DNA from: an uncultured Peptostreptococcaceae bacterium
Lineage (GTDB): Bacteria > Bacillota > Clostridia > Peptostreptococcales > BM714
Assembly (NCBI GenBank): GCA_964484935.1
Contig: CAZAFW010000001.1
Span: forward strand, 69,351-133,350
DNA: 64,000 nt
Direction: 5' to 3'
Part shown: positions 1 to 10,449 of the stretch, piece after piece
Numbering within the stretch: the stretch's first letter is position 1
Layout of the letters: each line of letters begins with the position of its first letter
Made by a program: the position numbers and the translations under genes
Notes under the pieces: model-generated
Told to the model about the DNA's origin: nothing
What the model saw: only the letters and a program-made list of their open reading frames with translations
Databases searched by the model: none

Positions 1-532
1 CAAAATCCATACTTTCTTCAATGTCGCTTTTTAAAAATTCTGCCAGCATTATTATGTTTTCAAGAAGTTCATAATCCTCAGTCATTAGAATTGAATTTGT
101 TTCGAACCTTTTGAATTCAAATCCTTTAACCAAAAGAAGGTCCCCTTGAGTTTCATTGCCTTCTAAACTTTCAAATCCCATGACATAACCGTCTGAGGAA
201 ATACCTATAGCTCCATTCATATATTCCACTTGAATTATTTTCTCTCTCGGGACAATTTCTATAGTTATCATATCTGGAAAATGACGTATTACTGTAGCAG
301 ATTTTATTGAAGGATCCTCCTCGATGCGTTTCTCGACCTTTTCTATTTCAATCAGAAAGATATTTTTCCCCAGCATCAATTCCGATATAAAAGAATCATC
401 AATGGATTTTTCATAAACCGATATTCTGCAGTCTTCAACTATAAAAATGTTTGTAGCAAAAACAAACGCAAATAGAGTAGCAATAAAAATTGCCACAATC
501 AATGGTGCCTTAAATATTCTTTTGAGCTTCAC
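1..532 (-). CDS. ftsQ: Cell division protein FtsQ/DivIB, 5' part (runs off the window's left edge)
   Basis: Not in the ORF track. Manual translation from GTG at 532, overlapping the murG TGA: MKLKRIFKAPLIVAIFIATLFAFVFATNIFIVEDCRIS...GKNIFLI...IEEDPSIKSATVIRHFPDMITIEIVPRE. One TM helix plus a POTRA-like segment, open to base 1, in the dcw position after murG. Confidence 0.8.
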   Translation of the reverse strand, partial: MKLKRIFKAPLIVAIFIATLFAFVFATNIFIVEDCRISVYEKSIDDSFISELMLGKNIFLIEIEKVEKRIEEDPSIKSATVIRHFPDMITIEIVPREKIIQVEYMNGAIGISSDGYVMGFESLEGNETQGDLLLVKGFEFKRFETNSILMTEDYELLENIIMLAEFLKSDIEESMDF

Positions 533-1608
533 AGATTCATCATCCTGTCCACAATAGATTTGGTCGCATCGCTTTTCTTGCAGCAATCTGCGCATTTCTC
601 CATAAGCTCGATTATATCCCTGTTTTCATATAGCTTAAATAATGCATCAGCCAAATTTTGTCCCGTCAGTTCTTTTTCTTCCATCATCAACGCGCAACCT
701 GATTTCTCAAGTGCCGATGCGTTGTGGAATTGATGATTTCCTGTAACATTCGGTGAAGGTATTATAATTGACGGTTTGCCCAATTTTAGTATTTCTGCAA
801 CAGTAATTGCCCCGGCTCTTGAAACTACGATATCGGATGCGGCCATATGAATCGCCATTTCTGAGATATACGGTATAATTTCATTTTTATTTTCAAGTAC
901 GAAACCCGACATGAATTTGTCAAAATATCGTTTTCCTGTAATATGAGTAAAGTATATTTCTTCATTTTTTAAAATTGCCATGCTTTCCTTGATCCTGTCG
1001 TTCAATACGGAAGCCCCTCCACTGCCGCCCATGCTCAGCACTCGGAATTGTTCCTGCGGCAAACCCAATATTTTTCTGGCTTCGTTTTTTTCAATGCCAT
1101 AGAATTCTTTCCTGACAGGATTCCCTGTATAATGGACCCTTTTTTTTCGAATAAAATAGTTTTCAGATGATTCGAATCCGGTCATTATTTCCTTGACCGA
1201 CAAACCCAATAATTTGTTGGTCAAACCCGGATATGCATTTTGCTCATGTATGCATGTCTTAATCCCTTTGAGCGAAGCTAAAAATACCATTGGTCCTGAA
1301 ACGTAACCTCCCGTGCCTATTACCAGTTCCGGTTTGAATTCCTTCAATATCTCCATGCATTGCCGAAGCCCCCTGAACACTTTACCCGCAACATTTATAT
1401 TTTTCAGCATTTCCCTTCTGTTGATTCCGGCAGCTTCGATTATTTTCAACTCATAGCCTGCTTCCGGCACAACCCTGCTTTCAATTCCCCTTTTGGTTCC
1501 AACAAAAATTATTTCTGCGTCTGTATTCCTTTTTTTAATTTCGTCGGCTATCGACAAAGCCGGATATACATGCCCTCCGGTTCCGCCTCCAGTAAAAATT
1601 ATTTTCAT
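529..1608 (-). CDS. murG: Lipid II GlcNAc transferase MurG
   Basis: GGGTGGHVYP N-terminal motif, HEQN, GGSGGA, SRAGA; dcw context. Confidence 0.97.
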   Translation of the reverse strand: MKIIFTGGGTGGHVYPALSIADEIKKRNTDAEIIFVGTKRGIESRVVPEAGYELKIIEAAGINRREMLKNINVAGKVFRGLRQCMEILKEFKPELVIGTGGYVSGPMVFLASLKGIKTCIHEQNAYPGLTNKLLGLSVKEIMTGFESSENYFIRKKRVHYTGNPVRKEFYGIEKNEARKILGLPQEQFRVLSMGGSGGASVLNDRIKESMAILKNEEIYFTHITGKRYFDKFMSGFVLENKNEIIPYISEMAIHMAASDIVVSRAGAITVAEILKLGKPSIIIPSPNVTGNHQFHNASALEKSGCALMMEEKELTGQNLADALFKLYENRDIIELMEKCADCCKKSDATKSIVDRMMNL

Positions 1609-2708
1609 TTTTCAACCCTCGCCCCTTGCATGGAAATATTCATCAGTATACCCATTTCCGCCATAAGAATTATCATCGAACTGCCTCCATAACTGATAAA
1701 TGGAAGTGGGATTCCAGTAACCGGCATTGAAGATGTTGCAACGGCTATATTTATGATTACTTGAAAGGCCAACATCGACATAATCCCAGTCGCCAGAAGA
1801 GTACCGAAAAGATCCGGCGCCTTTTTTGCAATTTCGACTCCCTTCAATATCAATGCCATGTAGAGTCCTAAAACTATCAAGCAACCCACCAGCCCCAATT
1901 CCTCGCCTATTGTAGCAAAAATGAAATCATTTTGCGGTTCCGGTATGTATAGTTTGTTTTGCATTCCCTGACCGAGCCCCACTCCAATCAAGCCCCCCGA
2001 ACCCAATGCATACAGTGATTGAATCACCTGGTACCCGCTCTTTGCGGCATCGGCAAAAGGATCCCTGAAACTTAAAAATCTTGTATACCTGTATGCGCTG
2101 CTTTTTACGAAATATGCTCCGGCCGCAAGCCCTATCACCGTTACTGCGGCAATGTGCCTCCACAACATTCCTGCAACAAAAAGCATAGCGAATGCAATAA
2201 CAATTACTATGACAGAAGTTGACATGTTGGGTTGCTTGATGATCAAAGCCGAATAGATTGCCGCCATTGCCAAATACGGCAAATTACCTTCTATGAATTT
2301 ACCAATTTTCTTGTTTGTTTTAGAAAGGCTGTTTGCCAAAAATACAATGAGGCACAATTTTGCAACTTCTGAAGGCTGAAAACGGAATCCGGCTATTTCA
2401 ATCCATCTCCTTGCATTGTTGATTTCAACCCCGAATGATGTCAAAACCGTTATCAATAGTGCAAGCCCTATGAAATAAGCCAACGGCGCCACTTTCGCAA
2501 TCAAATGATAATCTATCATCATTGAAACAAACATTATCGCAAGACCAAGAACGACCCAAGCAATATCTTTGATCAAAAAATAATAAATGTTGTCCATTTT
2601 ATCTAATGCGTAGTAATAGCTCGAGCTAAACACCATTATAACTCCGATGATAACCAAGACAAGAATTAAGGTCAACAGGTACGCATCAATTTTGTTTTTT
2701 GATTTCAT
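1605..2708 (-). CDS. ftsW: SEDS-family peptidoglycan polymerase FtsW/SpoVE
   Basis: Multi-TM protein with ARRWI, FQPSEVAK, PEPQNDFIF and GIPLPFISYGGSS motifs; between murD and murG. Confidence 0.93.
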   Translation of the reverse strand: MKSKNKIDAYLLTLILVLVIIGVIMVFSSSYYYALDKMDNIYYFLIKDIAWVVLGLAIMFVSMMIDYHLIAKVAPLAYFIGLALLITVLTSFGVEINNARRWIEIAGFRFQPSEVAKLCLIVFLANSLSKTNKKIGKFIEGNLPYLAMAAIYSALIIKQPNMSTSVIVIVIAFAMLFVAGMLWRHIAAVTVIGLAAGAYFVKSSAYRYTRFLSFRDPFADAAKSGYQVIQSLYALGSGGLIGVGLGQGMQNKLYIPEPQNDFIFATIGEELGLVGCLIVLGLYMALILKGVEIAKKAPDLFGTLLATGIMSMLAFQVIINIAVATSSMPVTGIPLPFISYGGSSMIILMAEMGILMNISMQGARVEK

Positions 2709-2711
2709 GAA

Positions 2712-4073
2712 TCAATCCCTCAATTCCCGCACTCTATCCTTGAAATCCCTTCCCCTGTATTCATAACTTTTATACATGTCCCAACTTGCGCATGCAGGGG
2801 AAAGCAAAACGCAATCTCCATGTTCAGCAATTTTATGCGCTCTCTTTACGGCATTTTCCATATCTTTAACTTTGTATATACTGTAGAACCCTTTTTTTTG
2901 TGCGTCGGCAATTATTTTTTCCGCAGTTTCTCCCAATACTATCATTTCCTTTATCTTTCCCTTGAATGATTCAATGAATTCCGAAAAATCGCTTCCTTTG
3001 TCCATTCCTCCAGCTATCAATACTATTGGCCCCTTTAATGTTTCAATAGCCTTTATGGCTGAATCTGGATTCGTCCCTTTCGAATCATTATAGTACTTTA
3101 CTCCCTTTATTTCATCAACAAATTCCATTCGGTGCTCTACGCCTTTGAAATCCATAAGGCTTTGCCTTATGATTTCAACGTCTATGCCGTGACAATCCGC
3201 TATTGCAACAGCGGCAAGAGCATTCTCCACATTATGCCTTCCCGTAATGAATATTTCCCCTATCCCGCAAACTGTTTTTTTCAAACCCGAACGATTTATT
3301 AGAATTTTTTCTTTTGAAACGCACACGCCCTCTTGAATTTCCCCTCTTGCAGAAAAATATATTTTCTCCAGTCCATCATTGCGTATGTTTTCACCTATTT
3401 CCCTTGTCAAAGGATTGTCGTAATTAAGCACTATTTGACCGGTTTTCATATTCATGTAAATGTGTTTTTTTGCCTCTACATATTCCTCCATGCTTCCATG
3501 CCTGTTCAAATGGTCCGGAGTGATATTCAATATTGCCGCACTAGCAGGTCTGTAGTTTTTTATCGATTCAAGTTGAAAACTGCTTACTTCTGTAATCAAA
3601 TAACTGTTTTCATCTGTAGAATCTGATACACTCACCGCTGGAACGCCAATGTTACCAATTACCCGGACATCCTTTCCTGCATTTTTGAATATCTCTCCGG
3701 TCAGCACAGTTGTTGTAGTCTTGCCATTCGTACCCGTTATTGCAATTATCTTGCCGGAAGTCACAGCACCCGACAATTCCAATTCGCCAATGACCTCGAT
3801 TCCTTTGGATTTCGCCTCTTCAATGAAAGGCAAATCCGTCGGAACACCCGGACTTAATACTATCATTTCAAAACCGTCAGCTGTCTCGGGATTTCCACCC
3901 ATTGCAATTTCGACATCGATTCCGTCAAGTTGTTTTACGGCGTCATCAAGCTCGTTGGCCTCTTTCGTGTCGCAAATAGTAACCTTGGCCTCATGAAGCG
4001 AAAGATATTTTGCCGCCTCCAATCCGGATGCCGCCATTCCCACAACCAATATCCGTTTGTCCTTCAGTTTCAT
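2712..4073 (-). CDS. murD: UDP-MurNAc-L-Ala:D-Glu ligase MurD
   Basis: SPGVP, ITGTNGKTTT, EVSSFQLE, NITPDHLNRH, NDSKGTN, LLSPACASWD. Confidence 0.97.
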   Translation of the reverse strand: MKLKDKRILVVGMAASGLEAAKYLSLHEAKVTICDTKEANELDDAVKQLDGIDVEIAMGGNPETADGFEMIVLSPGVPTDLPFIEEAKSKGIEVIGELELSGAVTSGKIIAITGTNGKTTTTVLTGEIFKNAGKDVRVIGNIGVPAVSVSDSTDENSYLITEVSSFQLESIKNYRPASAAILNITPDHLNRHGSMEEYVEAKKHIYMNMKTGQIVLNYDNPLTREIGENIRNDGLEKIYFSARGEIQEGVCVSKEKILINRSGLKKTVCGIGEIFITGRHNVENALAAVAIADCHGIDVEIIRQSLMDFKGVEHRMEFVDEIKGVKYYNDSKGTNPDSAIKAIETLKGPIVLIAGGMDKGSDFSEFIESFKGKIKEMIVLGETAEKIIADAQKKGFYSIYKVKDMENAVKRAHKIAEHGDCVLLSPACASWDMYKSYEYRGRDFKDRVRELRD

Positions 4074-5041
4074 ACAATTGCTCCCTTGCTAAGTATCAAT
4101 CCCGACACCAATGCTGTTAAAATTGTCACAATTGTAAAGACCGCCACCACTTTCGTTTCCGACCATCCTCCAAGTTCAAAATGGTGATGGATGGGACTCA
4201 TTCGAAAAACTCTTTTTCCTCTTGTTTTATAACTGGCAACTTGAATTATTACAGACAATGATTCAATGAAATATATAAATCCGTACAAGAGCAGCATGAG
4301 TTCTATCTTCATTATTATGGCAACAATAGCCACATATGCCCCCAATGCCAGCGATCCCGTGTCTCCCATGAAAACTTTTGCAGGTTTTTTATTGTATATG
4401 AGAAAGCCCAACAACCCGGATATGAAAAACACTATAATTCTTGTCAAGTCATTCAGCCCAATAAAGTTTGCGTAAAAAAGAAACAATATCGAGACAGCCA
4501 ATGTGACACTTGTTGCCAACCCATCCAATCCATCCGTCAAGTTTACGCTGTTTACCCCGGCCAATATGAAAACAATAAGAAACGGCGCCTTGAAATATCC
4601 CATGTCGATTGAAAAACCGATTGAATGAATCAAAAGCCTGTTGTCAGTCAAATCGAATCTGTAAAGAAGAAAAACAATTAGAACAGCCGCAACAAACTGC
4701 ATTGCGAGCTTTTGGTATGCTCTCAAGCCAAGATTTTTTTTCTTGACAACCTTTAAATAGTCATCCACAAAACCTATAAGTGCAAATAATATGAAACCGG
4801 AAATCAAAATACGCAATCCGGCATCATCCTTGTTTGCCCAAATGACATATGCCCCCAATATCGGCAGTATGAATATCAGCCCTCCTATTGTAGGCGTTCC
4901 GCTTTTCAATAGATGCGAAGATGGTCCCTCTTCCCTTATAGATTGTCCTACTTTCAATTTTTCCAAATATGGTATCATTATTTTTCCTGTTATTATAGTA
5001 ATAAAAAGAACTATAATAAATTGAATATGGATACTATGCAT
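4070..5041 (-). CDS. mraY: Phospho-MurNAc-pentapeptide transferase MraY
   Basis: KSGTPTIGG, DDYLK, NLTDGLDGL, FMGDTGSLALG, PIHHHFEL. Confidence 0.97.
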   Translation of the reverse strand: MHSIHIQFIIVLFITIITGKIMIPYLEKLKVGQSIREEGPSSHLLKSGTPTIGGLIFILPILGAYVIWANKDDAGLRILISGFILFALIGFVDDYLKVVKKKNLGLRAYQKLAMQFVAAVLIVFLLYRFDLTDNRLLIHSIGFSIDMGYFKAPFLIVFILAGVNSVNLTDGLDGLATSVTLAVSILFLFYANFIGLNDLTRIIVFFISGLLGFLIYNKKPAKVFMGDTGSLALGAYVAIVAIIMKIELMLLLYGFIYFIESLSVIIQVASYKTRGKRVFRMSPIHHHFELGGWSETKVVAVFTIVTILTALVSGLILSKGAIV

Positions 5042-6410
5042 TTTTTAATATCTCCTTGTAAACTTCATCCATTTTTGTACTGTGTGACCCCTTGAATAGA
5101 ATCGAATCCCCAGCCCTCATCAATTCTGTCAACGCTTTCTCAAGACAATCATTGCTTTCAAAAACCTGTACATCTATCCGGCCGATGCCATTCATCTCGG
5201 CGCCTCTTTTATATTCTTCAGCATATGACCCCGTAACCATAAGAATATCAATCCCGCTTTCCGCCGCCTTCTTGCCAATTTCCAAATGCATCTCTTTTGA
5301 ATATGTCCCCAGTTCCAGCATATCCCCAAGCACAGCTATCTTTCTTCCCGCCATAGTTGAAAGCGTCTCGATCGCTGCAGACATCGATGAAGGGTTGGCG
5401 TTGTAGGTGTCATTTACCAATGTCATTTCTCCAATTTCAGTTATGGCTCCGCGGATATCGTCCCCATGGTATTTTTCGATTCCGATAACTGCCGTTTCGG
5501 GACATACTCCAGCCTGTATCGCCGTCGCAAAAGCCAACAAGGCATTAATTATATTATGCCCTCCCTTAACATTCAATGTACACGGATATTCACATCCTTC
5601 ATAAACAATAGTAAATCCAATCCCTCTGCCTAAATGTTCAATGTCTTTTGCGCATAATTCATTGCCGTCAGTTTTGCAGGAACCTGCAAATATCTTGCCG
5701 TAAACGGTGTCCTTTGTTTTTAATGATTTAAGGAAACAATCATCTCCATTTACAATCAAAACCCCTCTTTCATCCATTGTTTCGCATATTTCCATTTTGG
5801 CGGCAAAAATATTTTCTTTTGACCCCAGTCTTCCTATGTGGGACTCCCCTATGTTTGTTATAACAGCAATATCAGGCTGTGCTATGCTTGCCAGCAATCG
5901 TATCTCCCCTTTGCTGTTCATTCCCATTTCCAACACTACGATTTCATGTTCTTTTTCCAATTCAAAAAGGGTCAATGGCAATCCTATGTCATTGTTCAAA
6001 TTGCCATGATTCTTATGGACATTGTATTTTTCATTCAATGCGCAATAAATCATTTCCTTCGTAGTGGTCTTGCCGGCGCTTCCGGTAACCCCTACAACCA
6101 ACGGTTTTACCTGCTTCAAGAATGCTTTTGCAATTTTTCGCATGGCTTTATAGCTGTCGCCCACAATTATCAATGTTGCATCCGCTTCAACATGTTTTTC
6201 CGAAACAACGGCCACAGCACCTTTTTTAACTGCAGCTCCAATGAAATCATGTCCGTCATAATTCGGACCCTTAATCGCAATGAATGCATCTCCCGGTTCA
6301 ACTTTTCTTGAATCGATCACAATACGCTTGATTTCTTTTACGCTGTCAGGCGTTTCTTCAATTTTAACGCCTAAAATACCCGCCAATTGGCTTATGGTAA
6401 CGTCTCTCAT
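5034..6410 (-). CDS. murF: UDP-MurNAc-tripeptide:D-Ala-D-Ala ligase MurF
   Basis: VTGSAGKTTTKE, NNDIGLP, EMGM, NDTYNANP, LGDMLELG. Confidence 0.96.
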   Translation of the reverse strand: MRDVTISQLAGILGVKIEETPDSVKEIKRIVIDSRKVEPGDAFIAIKGPNYDGHDFIGAAVKKGAVAVVSEKHVEADATLIIVGDSYKAMRKIAKAFLKQVKPLVVGVTGSAGKTTTKEMIYCALNEKYNVHKNHGNLNNDIGLPLTLFELEKEHEIVVLEMGMNSKGEIRLLASIAQPDIAVITNIGESHIGRLGSKENIFAAKMEICETMDERGVLIVNGDDCFLKSLKTKDTVYGKIFAGSCKTDGNELCAKDIEHLGRGIGFTIVYEGCEYPCTLNVKGGHNIINALLAFATAIQAGVCPETAVIGIEKYHGDDIRGAITEIGEMTLVNDTYNANPSSMSAAIETLSTMAGRKIAVLGDMLELGTYSKEMHLEIGKKAAESGIDILMVTGSYAEEYKRGAEMNGIGRIDVQVFESNDCLEKALTELMRAGDSILFKGSHSTKMDEVYKEILKNA

Positions 6411-7879
6411 ATAATCGCCTCCAATATGCTGCGGGCAACCTGAAAATCATCATGTTCAAAACTTTGATCCCCTATTATTTGAAGCTTTTCATGTCCTTTA
6501 CCGGCAATGAGAACAACATCGCCTGCTACAGCCGACATTATCGCTTTTCTTATAGCCTCTTTCCTGTCCCTTATGACTTCGTGCCGGTCTTTTGTCATTC
6601 CATTCTCGATTTGAATAATTATATTGTTTGCATCTTCACGCCTAGGATTGTCGTCTGTCAGAATGACGTGTTCAGAACCCAACGATGCAATTTCACCCAT
6701 CATTGGACGTTTAAAAGGATCCCTCTCGCCTCCGCAGCCGAAAACTGTAATCAATCTGCCTCTCTTGTATTCATTTATCGCTTCTATCACATTTGACAAT
6801 GCATCGGGTGTATGGGCATAATCAACTATTATTTCAATCCCCAGTTTTTCAGAACCCGGAACTTTTTGAAATCGGCCTTTTGCCCCTTTTAAATCACATA
6901 ATACATATCGGAGTTCGTTAAAATCGAAGCCTAATTCTTTTAGAACCGCATAAGCCGCCATTTTGTTGTAGGTTTCAAACCTGCTTGAAGCCTTGATTTC
7001 CATTTCGCCTAATTGGGATTTTATGGTCATCAAGCCATAAGCTTCATTTTTATTCGAAACGATGTCCGCTTTATTTTGCATTCCATAAGTCACAACACGT
7101 TTACCTTCTTTAATCAAAGGGTCCATATATTCATTTCCATACTTGTCGTCAATGTTTACAATTGAAGCCTTGTTTGATTTTTTCATAAGCATATACTTGG
7201 CATCTGCATAATTTTCCATTGTTTTATGAAAATCAAGATGGTCTTGTGTGAGATTAGTAAAAACAGATATGTCGAAATCAATATCTTGTACCCGTAAAAG
7301 AGTGAGTGCATGGGAAGATACTTCCATAACAACATATTCAATCCCTTTATCAAGCATAGCTTTGAATATCTTCTGCAATTCAAAAGATTCGGGCGTAGTC
7401 CTGCTTGAAGGCATAATTTCATCATCCATGCGTATCTCAATAGTGCCAATCATGCCCGTTGAAAATCCCAGTTTTCTGAGGGCGTTGAATATATAATTTG
7501 TGACTGAAGTCTTTCCGTTAGTGCCAGTAACACCAACAACGGTTATTTTTTTTGAAGGACTTCCAAAAAAGCGGTCGGACAAGGTCGAAAGCATGCTTCT
7601 TGAATCATCTACAAGCAAAACCGCCGCATCAGGATATTCTGTTTGTATTTTTTTCCCCCAAGCCAATTCTTCAACAATAAAAACCCGCGATCCCTTCCTA
7701 TAGGCTTGAGGGATATAATCATGCCCGTCGCTTTCAAATCCCCTTATGCAAATGAAGGAATCGCCGGGTTCGACATTCCTCGAATCGAAAGCGATATTCT
7801 TAACAATCGAATTCAATCCCATGCCTCCTGAACAAGAAATATAATCGTCCTTTTTAATTAATTCTCCAAGCCTCATCAT
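6407..7879 (-). CDS. murE: UDP-MurNAc-dipeptide:meso-DAP ligase MurE
   Basis: VTGTNGKTS, TTPES, MEVSSHAL, DYAHTPDA, GKGHE. The DNPR motif indicates meso-DAP specificity. Start moved to the ATG after SD AAGGTG. Confidence 0.95.
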   Translation of the reverse strand: MMRLGELIKKDDYISCSGGMGLNSIVKNIAFDSRNVEPGDSFICIRGFESDGHDYIPQAYRKGSRVFIVEELAWGKKIQTEYPDAAVLLVDDSRSMLSTLSDRFFGSPSKKITVVGVTGTNGKTSVTNYIFNALRKLGFSTGMIGTIEIRMDDEIMPSSRTTPESFELQKIFKAMLDKGIEYVVMEVSSHALTLLRVQDIDFDISVFTNLTQDHLDFHKTMENYADAKYMLMKKSNKASIVNIDDKYGNEYMDPLIKEGKRVVTYGMQNKADIVSNKNEAYGLMTIKSQLGEMEIKASSRFETYNKMAAYAVLKELGFDFNELRYVLCDLKGAKGRFQKVPGSEKLGIEIIVDYAHTPDALSNVIEAINEYKRGRLITVFGCGGERDPFKRPMMGEIASLGSEHVILTDDNPRREDANNIIIQIENGMTKDRHEVIRDRKEAIRKAIMSAVAGDVVLIAGKGHEKLQIIGDQSFEHDDFQVARSILEAII

Positions 7880-7942
7880 TTTCACCTTCATTCAATTCAT
7901 AATTAAAGAAGGCAATTCGTCATTCAAATTGCCATCTTTAAT

Positions 7943-7951
7943 ATTATAACA
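7943..7951 (-). promoter_or_regulatory. Extended -10 promoter (TGT-TATAAT) internal to the dcw cluster, upstream of murE
   Basis: Minus strand reads TGTTATAAT at 7951-7943; no consensus -35. Confidence 0.55.
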
Positions 7952-7965
7952 TATTCACATGTTCC

Positions 7966-9936
7966 TCACTCCACATATATGATAACGCTATACCCCTCAA
8001 TTGCTTCAAATCCTGCATACGGATATTGTTCCAAAACCTTGTGTGTATCATCAAGATTTTCAATTTCAGGCACTATCTCGCAGCGCAAACCCATCGACTC
8101 AAGCTTTGCGATTGCATCTTCCGCATCCATTCCGTTCAAATTCGGAACTACAAGCGAACCCTTATTCATTACCTCAAGTTCCGCTTCTGTAAATACCGGT
8201 TCAACCGCCATGCGTATCAAACTTTTTTCCATTATTTCCTTGGCCAAAGGAGCCGCTGTCAAACTTCCAAAATGGCTTTCCTTCGGTTCATCAATCACAA
8301 TCAATATTGCCAGTTTGGGATTGTCTACGGGTGCCACTGCTATAAATGAGGCTATAACCTTGTCTTCATCATAAGCGCCGTCGACAAGTTTTTCAGCTGT
8401 TCCGGTTTTGCCGCCCACTCTATACCCCGGTATATAGGCTTCTTTTCCTGATCCGTTGAAAACAACACTTTCCATCATCAGCCTAACCTCCATGGAAGTG
8501 CTCTGCGAAACCACCTGTCTCTTGAAGACGGGATCAAATGTCTCTACAATATTTCCATCATTGTCAGCTAATCCGGAAACCAATCTAGGCTCCATAAGCC
8601 TTCCATCATTTGCCAATGCCGAAACCGCTGTCAACAACTGAATCGGTGTTATGGACAAACCATGGCCGAATGACATTGTTGCAATTTCAACCGGACCGGC
8701 CTTTCCAATTGGAATTGTCAATCCACCCGACTCTCCAGGCAGCTCTATTCCTGTCTTGCCTCTAAATCCAAAAGCCTCAAGATATTTGTAGAATTTTTCC
8801 TTCCCAAGCTTTTGCGACAACTCTACAAATACGGGATTGCATGAATTTTCAAGCGCTTGAGTAAGTGTCTGTTCCCCATGGGGTCTGTAATGACGCCAGC
8901 ATTTGATAATTTGGCCCGCAATATTAATGTAGCCGTTCGAGTAAAACTTTGTATCCGGCCTTGTTATGTTTTCCTCAATAGACATTGCCGATGTAATCAA
9001 TTTGAAAGTTGAGCCCGGTTCGTATGTATCGCTCACAATGGGATTTCGCCATAATTTATTCCAATAAGCCTGTTTTTCAACGTCTTCCAAGTCTTGATAT
9101 TCTGTCAATTGGCTTTCATCAATCGGCATTCTGGGAGTATTCGGATTATAGTCCGGATATGCCGCCATAGATAATATGTCTCCCGTTCGCGGGTCCATCA
9201 TTATTGCCATTATTTTTTTGGCCTTCAAGTCTTTCATGCCTTTTTCAATTACTTGTTCGGTGTAGTATTGAAGAACCTCGTCGATTGTCAGTATTACATT
9301 CAATCCGTCTTGCGCACCATAATACTTGTCTGTTCCAAAAGGAAGTTGACGTCCAAATACGTCGGTATTCCTTATCCATCGGCCGCTCAAGCCGGTCAGA
9401 TATCGGTTCAGTTCCAATTCCACCCCAGCCAAACCTCTGTTGTCATCTGTAGTGTGTCCAATTACAAAAGCCCCCAAATCATCCAGGGGGTAATATCTCT
9501 TTTCGACTTCTGTAAACCAGATGCCTTCAAGATTCAATGCATCGATTTCTTCAACTTTTTCCTTGTCTACCCACTTACCGATACTTATAAGACCTGCTCC
9601 CGATCTTATTTTGTCACTCATTGCTTCCTGATCCGATAATAGAATGTCCGAAATCAATTTGGATGAAGTCTCCGGGCTTGTTACTCGATTGGTGTCCGCC
9701 CAAATATTGTACAAAGTCATGTTGACTGCCAATTTTTTCAGGTTCCTGTCGAGTATTTCTCCACGCTGGGCAGGTATTGGAATGTCCTTTGTCTGTTGGA
9801 CTACTGCCATATCACTATATTTTTCACCATCTATTATCTGTATTTTTACCAATCTTGCCGAGAGCAAAGCAAAAGCAACTATTACAATGGCAAGAGTAAA
9901 ATTCAATCTTTGTTTTGGCGTTTTAAACAGGGACAT
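7966..9936 (-). CDS. Class B penicillin-binding protein (FtsI/SpoVD-like) with C-terminal PASTA domain
   Basis: N-terminal TM, RGEILDRN, EPGSTFK (SxxK), SCN (SxN), KTGTAE (KTG), VVPNLNGM PASTA start. Confidence 0.93.
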   Translation of the reverse strand: MSLFKTPKQRLNFTLAIVIVAFALLSARLVKIQIIDGEKYSDMAVVQQTKDIPIPAQRGEILDRNLKKLAVNMTLYNIWADTNRVTSPETSSKLISDILLSDQEAMSDKIRSGAGLISIGKWVDKEKVEEIDALNLEGIWFTEVEKRYYPLDDLGAFVIGHTTDDNRGLAGVELELNRYLTGLSGRWIRNTDVFGRQLPFGTDKYYGAQDGLNVILTIDEVLQYYTEQVIEKGMKDLKAKKIMAIMMDPRTGDILSMAAYPDYNPNTPRMPIDESQLTEYQDLEDVEKQAYWNKLWRNPIVSDTYEPGSTFKLITSAMSIEENITRPDTKFYSNGYINIAGQIIKCWRHYRPHGEQTLTQALENSCNPVFVELSQKLGKEKFYKYLEAFGFRGKTGIELPGESGGLTIPIGKAGPVEIATMSFGHGLSITPIQLLTAVSALANDGRLMEPRLVSGLADNDGNIVETFDPVFKRQVVSQSTSMEVRLMMESVVFNGSGKEAYIPGYRVGGKTGTAEKLVDGAYDEDKVIASFIAVAPVDNPKLAILIVIDEPKESHFGSLTAAPLAKEIMEKSLIRMAVEPVFTEAELEVMNKGSLVVPNLNGMDAEDAIAKLESMGLRCEIVPEIENLDDTHKVLEQYPYAGFEAIEGYSVIIYVE

Positions 9937-9953
9937 GCAATGCCTCCTTCAAA

Positions 9954-10430
9954 TCAATCCCCCATAAATCCCAAACTCAATATGGAAGTATAAATATTTC
10001 CTATAAAACCTCTTCCCACCGGCTCAACAGATTGCGGTGCAATTGATACACGCGTTATTCCGCTTTCTTCTCCACTTGCTTCCAAATACACTATCTGCTG
10101 TCTTTTTGGAACTTCCATTCCTAATTCGCTTACAGCCTTGTCTTCAATTATACTCGTTTTATTCATCGCTTCCAACTCAATTTTATGTTTTTCGATTTTA
10201 AACTGCAAATCGCTCATGGCCTGCCTGTGTTCATATACCTGGTATTTTATTTCGCTTATTGCGGCATACCCAAAAAGTATGCTTATGAAAAGAAGTCCGG
10301 TCAAAACAATCGCCATAAACAGTTTTGTGGCATAAAAAGTCTTCTTCTTTTTGCTATTCTTTCTTTTCGTAGGAATACTTGTTTCATTGAAGTCATATTC
10401 TATAAATTTCTTATATGCAACTGATGTCAT
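9954..10430 (-). CDS. ftsL: Cell division protein FtsL-like
   Basis: Basic N-terminus, one TM, coiled coil, IEDKAVSELGM motif; between rsmH and the PBP. Confidence 0.8.
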   Translation of the reverse strand: MTSVAYKKFIEYDFNETSIPTKRKNSKKKKTFYATKLFMAIVLTGLLFISILFGYAAISEIKYQVYEHRQAMSDLQFKIEKHKIELEAMNKTSIIEDKAVSELGMEVPKRQQIVYLEASGEESGITRVSIAPQSVEPVGRGFIGNIYTSILSLGFMGD

Positions 10431-10449
10431 AAAAGGTCACTCCTTCCTT

